Positions 1 to 6,827 of a stretch of 13,717 nt of DNA are shown here, piece by piece. The notes beneath the pieces are model-generated. The model worked only from the letters and a program-made list of their open reading frames with translations. It ran no database searches and had not been told where the DNA came from. The position numbers and the translations under genes were made by a program. Every line of letters starts with the position of its first letter. Within the stretch, counting starts at the first letter, position 1. The DNA is from an uncultured bacterium (GTDB lineage Bacteria; JAJVIF01; JAPKYR01): NCBI GenBank assembly GCA_965369865.1, contig CBDURU010000093.1, positions 1 to 13,717 of the forward strand, written 5' to 3'.

Positions 1-1
1 G

Positions 2-877
2 GTTAAATCGGCGCCGCAGGGTGTGGATAACTGGATCGATCCGAATCCACGGTACAGCGGTCCTGAAAATCCGATCCATTACAGGATCTGGACAAGTAAC
101 GAGGCCGGGAAATCGCTTGGTTATGCCGAAGATACCGGGTATCCGAAACTAAGGAATGTCGGGATGGCATTGTGGTGTGTCGCTGAGGATGCAAGCGGAT
201 CGGGCGCGGTGTACTCATGGGCGACCGCGACAAAGGATTTCAACGACTGCAATACGTTCTGGAACAGGTATGGCGTCAATTTTATCCTGGAAAATCCGAC
301 CGGCTTTCTGTGGGTCGGAAATCCTGAATATATACAGATCAATGGCGGGGAAGCGGTTGACATGCATGACGGCCATGGAAAAGCCCAGACACCGCACAGT
401 ATCAGCAACTATTACGTCGGCTCGGTCGATGGCAATTCTCACAAAGCGTACTGCAATGCGTATTGCCCTGGGATTTACCACAATACGGAAAATATCTTTA
501 TCATTATGGGCAAAGATGCGCGCGGGGCGGGTGCGGAAGAGATGCCTGTCATTCTCGCGCATGAATGCGGGCACGCGATGGGTCATTTCTGGGATGTTTA
601 CCTTCTTGATACCAATAAAAATTTAATACTGGATGATGGCACATCGTGCCAGGCAAACAATACCTGGTGTAATACGCCGCCTGAAATCCCTGTCCTGTTC
701 TGCGATATCAACGCCTGCTACGCTCAGAATCCAGGGGCGCATGCCACCAACCCCTGGAATCTCATGTGGTATTCGTGCCCCGGCAAGGCGATCGGGAATT
801 ACAACCTGACGGACAGGCAGGCAGCGTACGCGGGCTTGTGGCTCCAGGAGTTCAAGAATAATTACCCGTTCCCATGA
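2..877 (+). CDS. Metzincin-like zinc metalloprotease domain protein (5'-truncated by window edge)
   Basis: The frame is open from position 2, so the GTG at 23 is probably internal. Zn-binding motif HECGHAMGHFWD at 560-595, a Met-turn-like NLMWY at 758-772, and several Cys suggesting a disulfide-bonded exported protein. Confidence 0.7.
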   Translation, partial: VKSAPQGVDNWIDPNPRYSGPENPIHYRIWTSNEAGKSLGYAEDTGYPKLRNVGMALWCVAEDASGSGAVYSWATATKDFNDCNTFWNRYGVNFILENPTGFLWVGNPEYIQINGGEAVDMHDGHGKAQTPHSISNYYVGSVDGNSHKAYCNAYCPGIYHNTENIFIIMGKDARGAGAEEMPVILAHECGHAMGHFWDVYLLDTNKNLILDDGTSCQANNTWCNTPPEIPVLFCDINACYAQNPGAHATNPWNLMWYSCPGKAIGNYNLTDRQAAYAGLWLQEFKNNYPFP

Positions 878-894
878 CATATAAAGGTGAAAAA

Positions 895-1479
895 ATGAAA
901 TTCAAATACATCTTACCGATAATTATTTTCCTTCTGGCGATTACGTCGACTGCATATGCAATTGGTTCAGAGACACTGGACAATCTGATTTTCCTACTCG
1001 CCCAGCCCGAACCGGCCGACTGGTCCGACGGCACTTTCGATGACGCAATTTTGATTGAAGGCTTTGAGGCGATCTATGAGATGAGCATAGAAGAGGGAAA
1101 TGACAGTCGGACACGAAGCGTGCTATGGGCGATGGGTGAAACAGGCCTGGCGTCTTTTATCCCCACTCTTATAAATGAATTTGAAAACGAAACCATGATC
1201 GCCTGTTATGCCCTCGGGAAAATATCGGTGGATGCCAGCGTTAACGCCCTTATTCCCATGCTCGAAAATGAAGATCGTTATGTCCGTGAAGCCTCTGTCT
1301 GGGGACTTGGCAATATTACATACGGTGCCGACCTTGATGACGCGAAAGCCGATGCACTTGAAGCGCTTAACGATCGTCTCGATCTGGAAGAGGAAACCTG
1401 GATCGTCGAAATGATCGAAGCCGCGATTATTTTAATCGAGACTGGATTAATAACCGATTCGGTATTTGAAACCATGTAA
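895..1479 (+). CDS. HEAT/PBS-lyase repeat protein with N-terminal signal peptide
   Basis: SD-like AAAGGTGA at 883-890 precedes ATG 895. MKFKYILPIIIFLLAITSTAYA is a Sec-type signal peptide ending in AxA. HEAT-like repeats: RSVLWAMGETG, ACYALGKI, VREASVWGLGNI. Confidence 0.8.
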   Translation: MKFKYILPIIIFLLAITSTAYAIGSETLDNLIFLLAQPEPADWSDGTFDDAILIEGFEAIYEMSIEEGNDSRTRSVLWAMGETGLASFIPTLINEFENETMIACYALGKISVDASVNALIPMLENEDRYVREASVWGLGNITYGADLDDAKADALEALNDRLDLEEETWIVEMIEAAIILIETGLITDSVFETM

Positions 1480-1577
1480 CACAGGACTTCACCCACAATC
1501 GCTCCCCGGTTTTTCTTTGTTTCCCTTGTTGTTTTCTCCTTTTTTTTTGATAAAACTCCGGAATCCGACGCGCGATT

Positions 1578-1842
1578 GGACAATTTAATGCCCGAACGGC
1601 CATGTGAGATCGACCGCTGACTTGCCCCGGCATTGACTGGGTGTGGCAGGCTTCCCTTGTTACTTCCCGCTTTCGCATAAGCTACGGCGGGTGTCAAGCC
1701 GTAAAACTTCCCGCCGTCGCTACGACCTTGAAGGGCCGAAGGCGGCGTAATGGGTTACTAGCGCTCAGCTTCAAGAGCTGGAAATCACGCGCCGGGTTCC
1801 GTATGGAGGGTATTCCCTGCAGTGGGATCAGAATGCCCATCC
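1578..1842 (-). ncRNA. Candidate structured non-coding RNA (~265 nt, family not recognised)
   Basis: Lies directly downstream of a near-consensus minus-strand promoter. Many nested complementary segments, including 1626-1631/1791-1796, 1684-1691/1710-1717, 1718-1722/1759-1763 and 1766-1770/1776-1780, plus a GC-GAAA-GC tetraloop. No convincing CDS. The 3' end is uncertain. Confidence 0.55.
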
Positions 1843-1848
1843 ATAGTG

Positions 1849-1877
1849 AGTATAGCATAAAGATGGGATTTTGTCAA
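1849..1877 (-). promoter_or_regulatory. Sigma70-type promoter driving the candidate ncRNA
   Basis: The minus strand reads TTGACA (1877-1872), 17-bp spacer, TATACT (1854-1849), with an extended -10 TGn. A-tracts lie upstream. Predicted TSS is near G at 1842. Confidence 0.8.
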
Positions 1878-1958
1878 GTAGGGGCAAGGAAAAAGTGGGA
1901 TTTTTTTTGTGGGGGATTTTTGTTGCAACCCGGCAAGAGCGTTGACGGGCTACGAAAC

Positions 1959-1987
1959 TTGCCATGAATTGTTTATGGGATTATAAT
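1959..1987 (+). promoter_or_regulatory. Sigma70-type promoter for the MTase-herA-nurA operon
   Basis: TTGCCA (1959-1964), 17-bp spacer, TATAAT (1982-1987), 60 bp upstream of ATG 2048. Confidence 0.7.
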
Positions 1988-2047
1988 CAGATACGCAAGT
2001 TTTGAGCAGGACGATTCCCTTAATAGAAAATTTTAAAAAGTGAAATT

Positions 2048-2875
2048 ATGATCCAAAATCCGAATATATTACTCCGCTATCCAGGAGGAAAAAGCCGGAT
2101 GCTTGGGTTCTTAATTCCACGACTATCACATATTAAGAAATTCAAACTGCGTCTTTGTGAGCCATTTGCGGGAGGATGTGCAGTATTCTTAACATTAAAA
2201 CCTCAACGAGCATTTATTTCAGATATTAACGCTGAACTCGTTGATCTTTATCGTGGAATACGTCGTTACCCTCATAAAGTATGGGAAGTATACAAAAACT
2301 TCCCTTCAACAAAATCTGCATATTACGAAATTAGAAACTGGAAACATTTTACATTAGATTTACCAATGCGAGCTGCTAGGACACTTTATTTAAATAGGAC
2401 TTGTTTTAAGGGAATGTGGCGGCATAATTCAAATGGGGACTTTAATGTGGGTTATGGTGGACAAGACAGGCGATGGGTTGTGTGTGGGGAATCTATTACC
2501 AATGTGGCAAAATTATTAAGTCGTGCATCTATCAAGTGTATGGATTTTGAAGAATCAATTGATCGAACTGATGAAAGGGATTTTATTTTTTTAGATCCCC
2601 CCTACCAGCCTGGTGAAAGAGATATGAAGCATGATCACTATTTGTATGGCACGTTCTGTTTTGAAGACCATAAACGACTAGTCAGGGCTTTAAAAAGGGC
2701 GTCTAAGAGGGGAGTTTGCTGGGCTATGACTACATCAGGGCATTCTGATATCGTAGGACTATTTTCCAAACAAAAAATTATCCAAATTCCTAAGGGCACT
2801 GGAAATCGAATAGGTTCTGTAGCAAATAAAACAGGCGAAGTACTAGTCACAAATTGCATGGAGGTTGGAAAATGA
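2048..2875 (+). CDS. Dam-family (D12 class, alpha group) DNA N6-adenine methyltransferase
   Basis: Motif X YPGGKS, motif I EPFAGG, motif II SDIN, Dam-type TRD LYLNRTCFKGMWRHNSNGDFNVGYG, catalytic DPPY and C-terminal EVLVTN. Target sequence cannot be determined from this alone. Confidence 0.93.
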   Translation: MIQNPNILLRYPGGKSRMLGFLIPRLSHIKKFKLRLCEPFAGGCAVFLTLKPQRAFISDINAELVDLYRGIRRYPHKVWEVYKNFPSTKSAYYEIRNWKHFTLDLPMRAARTLYLNRTCFKGMWRHNSNGDFNVGYGGQDRRWVVCGESITNVAKLLSRASIKCMDFEESIDRTDERDFIFLDPPYQPGERDMKHDHYLYGTFCFEDHKRLVRALKRASKRGVCWAMTTSGHSDIVGLFSKQKIIQIPKGTGNRIGSVANKTGEVLVTNCMEVGK

Positions 2876-4857
2876 GGGAATTCTTTGAAAAAGCTGCAAT
2901 GCAAAACCATCCTTTACGAGTGCTCCAAACATTTCTCGAAACTGAAAAGGCGAATGAGGATGCAAAAAATTATTCAGATATGAGGTTCGTTGGCTATGTC
3001 CTGGAAATAGGTTTTGATACTGTAACGATGATTACATCCGACCCTTTTAAAATTGCAGTTGGTGGCATTCCTCGAAACTCTTTGCTTTTAATGGTCCCGT
3101 CAAATTACGAGTCACTCCCACCCCATTTTACATTATTAAGAGTTTTAGAGGCTGCACCAACTCCTTTATCAAAAGAGGTACAACAGACATATTTTGAACT
3201 TCAAAAAAAGTCAATGCCTGAATTAGATATATTTACACAAAGTGAATTACAATGGGGTGCTTTAAAAACGGGAATTCTTGGGATGTATTATCCACATCCC
3301 GAGATACAGAACGAAATAGAATTTTCTGGTGATATCAATAATTATGTTAGTGCTCACAAGTACCGCGTGTATGCTTGTGATGACGCATTATTGAAATTAG
3401 TGACAAACTCGCTTGTTCCGCGAGATAATAGATTTAAAATTGGCGATTTAAGGTTAACAGAATGTCGTATCCCAATCCCACAAGCTGCAAAATCAAAGGT
3501 GGAAGTATTTGCTTCAACTAAGGATTTTATGGGTACACGTACGGCATTATTTGGTAAAACAAGACTTGGGAAAAGCAATGTGGTTAAATTAATTGCACAG
3601 AGTTTGATTGAAACTACACGCGAGTCCAAGAATGTTGGGCAATTAATTTTTGATATCAATGGTGAGTATGCCAATGATAATCCACAGGATGACAATCTCT
3701 CACTAAAAAGCAGTTATCCTGATAGTTGTGTGGTTTATGCGTTAACACCAAAAGAAAGTACTGAATCTAAGCCATTAAAATTAAATTTCTATGAGCAACC
3801 AGAGAGTACTCATCGAATTATTGGCAGCCTTCTCAGACAAGATAGTAAAACATCAGGCTATATCCAAAGCTTTACCAGTGTTGAGCTTCCATCAATAGAA
3901 GAAACAAGAAAACTGCCGTCAGGTAGTGATCAAGGTAGGGCTTTAAGGAAAATACAAATTTATTGGGCAATTTTGAAAAAATCTGGCTATCCGGTTGATG
4001 AGTCTAAACTTAAGTCAATAGCTCCTAGTGGTCGACCTGCAAGCAAGCTAAATCCTGGTTATAATAATGCTTTACGGACACAAGCTTATCAGCATAGCGA
4101 TATTCAGACAATACCAAGTACAATATCAACCCTCGATGAATTAGTATCGGAACTAGAAATTCTTAACCGTTTTCGTAGAGCAAATCCAAGTGCTCCTTCA
4201 CTAATATCAAGTTCTGGAAATAAGATATTTGATCCTGATGATATTGCTCTACTTGAATTCCTAGAACCACAACCCGGTAGAAGTGGCACTGCATTCATTC
4301 AGCCCTATCGTCAATACCACGATCAAAAAGCTGGTGATTTCGTAAAGGAAATCCTTGATGAGTTAGATGAAGGCTTAACAGTAATACTAGACTTAGGGAA
4401 TGCAAATCCACAAGTTATGGATTATTTTTCAGATGAATTATCAAGAGCAGTTTTTAACCATCAAGTTGATAAATTTACAAATAATAAGCTCGAAAACCAC
4501 TTTATTGAGTTATATTTTGAAGAAGCACATAACCTTTTCCCTCGAACTGAAGATGTTACTACAATTTATAGCAGATTTGCAAAGGAAGGGGCAAAATATC
4601 ACATTGGTATGGTTTATTGTACACAGTCACCCACTACCTTAAACAAGGACCTACTGGCTCAAACTGAAAATTTCTTTGTAGCACATCTATCATCATCCGA
4701 TGAAGTAAATGCACTTGCAAAACTGAACGTTGCTTTTGGAAATTTAAAAGATGATATACTTCTGGCAAAAACAGTTGGTTATATAAGGATGTTAACTCGC
4801 TCTCATAGGTTCGTTATATCTGTGCAAGCAAGAAAGTTTACACCTTCAAAAGATTAA
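2872..4857 (+). CDS. herA: HerA-family (DUF87-type) helicase/translocase ATPase
   Basis: Likely start ATG 2872, with GGAGG at 2860-2864 and an ATGA overlap with the MTase stop. N-terminal beta-rich HAS-barrel-like region, Walker A GKTRLGKS (3553-3576), IFDINGEY, Walker B YFEEAH, AKEGAKY and CTQSP motifs. Confidence 0.88.
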   Translation: MREFFEKAAMQNHPLRVLQTFLETEKANEDAKNYSDMRFVGYVLEIGFDTVTMITSDPFKIAVGGIPRNSLLLMVPSNYESLPPHFTLLRVLEAAPTPLSKEVQQTYFELQKKSMPELDIFTQSELQWGALKTGILGMYYPHPEIQNEIEFSGDINNYVSAHKYRVYACDDALLKLVTNSLVPRDNRFKIGDLRLTECRIPIPQAAKSKVEVFASTKDFMGTRTALFGKTRLGKSNVVKLIAQSLIETTRESKNVGQLIFDINGEYANDNPQDDNLSLKSSYPDSCVVYALTPKESTESKPLKLNFYEQPESTHRIIGSLLRQDSKTSGYIQSFTSVELPSIEETRKLPSGSDQGRALRKIQIYWAILKKSGYPVDESKLKSIAPSGRPASKLNPGYNNALRTQAYQHSDIQTIPSTISTLDELVSELEILNRFRRANPSAPSLISSSGNKIFDPDDIALLEFLEPQPGRSGTAFIQPYRQYHDQKAGDFVKEILDELDEGLTVILDLGNANPQVMDYFSDELSRAVFNHQVDKFTNNKLENHFIELYFEEAHNLFPRTEDVTTIYSRFAKEGAKYHIGMVYCTQSPTTLNKDLLAQTENFFVAHLSSSDEVNALAKLNVAFGNLKDDILLAKTVGYIRMLTRSHRFVISVQARKFTPSKD

Positions 4858-4872
4858 AGGTGAAATGCAAAT

Positions 4873-6183
4873 ATGCCATACATAGAAGGACATCGACTCC
4901 CAGGAGAAAGGGCAAGTCGGTTAGGGCACTTAGAAGTAATTAAAAGTGACTTGGTCAACAAATTATGTAGTAGTTTTGAAGATAATAATACGTATACAGA
5001 TAAATTAGGATGTAAATGGCAGAATCTACCAACTAGCGAAAAACCGCTTGATTTGGTTTTTGGAATCGACGGTTCACTTCAAGTTATTCAATCTGACACA
5101 AAACCTACTAAAACTATTGCATTTATTAAAACTTCATTATTAAGACTTGACCAAGTTGCATTGATGGAGATTGATAAAGAGATGCCGCATCCCTTTGCAC
5201 TTAGAGATATTCTGGCTGATTCAGCATTATATCATGCTACTGTACTGCCCTTGAAACATATTCGGATTCGAGATTTGTCACTATTTGATGCAGTGAGGGG
5301 TATTATTTATGAATCAATGAGGGATTCCCATCTAGCAGATGAACCATTTCAAACTCTCAAATGGATCGTATTCGAAAAATGGGATAAAATTGAAAAAAAC
5401 CTTCCAGAATTTGAGTGCCCTAACTGTGGTGAGAATAAAGCAACTTTACCATTTGACGCTGATGAAGGGAGTTGCCCTAACTGTAATGGGCATTTATATT
5501 TAACAGATATGCTTGGTTTTCACCAGGAAATGGGTCAGGAATCAGCTCCAAAAACTGTAGCAACAGCATATATGAGTATCCATGAGACAATGATGCTTTT
5601 TACAGGTATAAGGTATTTTTGGGAAAACAAAAGAGAAATGCTTAAGAATTGTCTATTTGTTAAAGATGGACCTTTATCAATTCGAGCTCAATACTCAAAA
5701 TTAGTTGCCCCTATTAGAAGATTTTTAGCATATTCCAGAGATAAGGAATATCCTGTTCATATTTTAGGGCAAGAAAAAACCGGAGCGTTCGCAGAACACT
5801 TGGAACTTATAAATGCAGATGCACCAATACAATCAATATTTATTCCAGGAGATCACTACATCAAGGAACAGATCCAACATAGGCCAACACGTGGTGCGCC
5901 TTATGGTAAGGATACGAATTATGGGGCTAAAATTTTTACTAAATATGACCAATATCATCATGCAATTTTAAATATTCCAACAGGTGAATACGTCCAGAAC
6001 CCAACATACGACCACTTGATAGGTGCTAATAAAATATTAAGTACCTTGCCCACGATTTTAGGAAGTAAGCATGAAGGATCACTATTACCAATCGAATTAG
6101 CTCATGGAGTAGCATCTCTTTCAACGTATCCATCTGCTCATATTCTTAAAGTTTTTGCTGATAGTCATATAACTTCAGCATAA
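4873..6183 (+). CDS. nurA: NurA-family (RNase H fold) nuclease with Zn-ribbon insertion
   Basis: NurA-type motifs GIDGS, KDGPL, GQEKTG and LPIELAH. CPNC-x15-CPNC insertion. Starts 15 bp after herA, with SD-like AAAGGTGA. Confidence 0.85.
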   Translation: MPYIEGHRLPGERASRLGHLEVIKSDLVNKLCSSFEDNNTYTDKLGCKWQNLPTSEKPLDLVFGIDGSLQVIQSDTKPTKTIAFIKTSLLRLDQVALMEIDKEMPHPFALRDILADSALYHATVLPLKHIRIRDLSLFDAVRGIIYESMRDSHLADEPFQTLKWIVFEKWDKIEKNLPEFECPNCGENKATLPFDADEGSCPNCNGHLYLTDMLGFHQEMGQESAPKTVATAYMSIHETMMLFTGIRYFWENKREMLKNCLFVKDGPLSIRAQYSKLVAPIRRFLAYSRDKEYPVHILGQEKTGAFAEHLELINADAPIQSIFIPGDHYIKEQIQHRPTRGAPYGKDTNYGAKIFTKYDQYHHAILNIPTGEYVQNPTYDHLIGANKILSTLPTILGSKHEGSLLPIELAHGVASLSTYPSAHILKVFADSHITSA

Positions 6184-6246
6184 AACCCGGGTGATGTCCA
6201 CAAACCTTCGCTTCGCTTCGGCCTGAGAACGGCGCCCGCTTTAGTA
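6178..6246. repeat. Imperfect palindrome, degenerate attC-like site or terminator
   Basis: CGGGTG (6188-6193) pairs with CGCCCG (6233-6238) around an imperfect stem and a CTTCGCTTCGCTTCG apex. Outer TAAA/TTTA includes the nurA stop codon. Confidence 0.4.
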
Positions 6247-6299
6247 ATCCAACTAATGTTTAGTAATTCATCCTATAAATGGTAAAATACGCGCAGCCG

Positions 6300-6827
6300 A
6301 TGTTCATACGATGGATCACATATATTGCTGTCGGGTTGATCCTGGTGGTTATAACCGGGATAGGCAACACGCGATTCGGATGGTCGATCGATATTGCGTG
6401 GATATTGGTCGCGGTTGCGGTTTTCGCCCGTCCGGCAGGAATGGCGCCGGTTGCGGGACTGATTTTCGGGCTTGTAATCGACGGGCTATCCGGCTCGACA
6501 GGATTTTACGCGGTGTCATACATGGCGATCGCGGTCCTCACGTTATTTATCAGGAGGGTTGCATACCTTGACGATTTTCTGGCGGCATGGATAGTCGCAG
6601 TGGCGGGCGTGGAAATTTTGTGGCTTTTCTTCTGGATATTCGCGAAAGGGATCCAGTTGATCGGCGGCGCGGCAAGATCATCGGGAATCCTGTCGCCTTT
6701 TATAATCAGTACAATCATTTTATTTCCAATAATATATCTCTTTGCCAGGGCGGTTCTTTTGGAGCCATCTGAAAAATCCGGATCGAGCCGTTTCGGTTCG
6801 GCGGTATTACCGATCGACAGGATATGA
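6300..6827 (+). CDS. mreD: Rod shape-determining protein MreD
   Basis: ~175-aa multi-pass membrane protein with the MreD-like motif GLIFGLVIDGLSGSTGFYA. ATGA overlap with the PBP2 gene. Start may be 6279 or 6300. Confidence 0.75.
   Translation: MFIRWITYIAVGLILVVITGIGNTRFGWSIDIAWILVAVAVFARPAGMAPVAGLIFGLVIDGLSGSTGFYAVSYMAIAVLTLFIRRVAYLDDFLAAWIVAVAGVEILWLFFWIFAKGIQLIGGAARSSGILSPFIISTIILFPIIYLFARAVLLEPSEKSGSSRFGSAVLPIDRI

Larger units (their letters stand above)
1990..6270. mobile_element. AT-rich genomic islet carrying MTase-herA-nurA (boundaries approximate)
   Basis: Abrupt visible shift to AT-rich composition and A/T-ending codons relative to the flanking genes. No integrase or transposase in the window. 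Confidence 0.6.

Noticed and set aside
1500..1560. Intrinsic terminator after the first HEAT gene
   Set aside because: Long pyrimidine/T tract but no convincing GC hairpin immediately before it.
1578..1842. tRNA, tmRNA, RNase P, SRP RNA, riboswitch or group I/II intron identity for the candidate RNA
   Set aside because: No T-loop GTTCRA with CCA end, no GAGGAAAGTCC, no SRP domain IV, no intron domain V or P7 signatures, and no downstream gene on that strand. A divergent 6S RNA cannot be fully excluded.
1278..1967. ORFs 1278-1697(-), 1427-1678(-) and 1641-1967(+)
   Set aside because: No recognisable motifs or RBS; they cross a low-complexity tract or overlap the HEAT gene. The region is better explained by a structured RNA and promoters.
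2854..2871. herA start at 2854 as given in the ORF track
   Set aside because: ATG 2872 has a well-spaced GGAGG and an ATGA overlap with the upstream stop codon.
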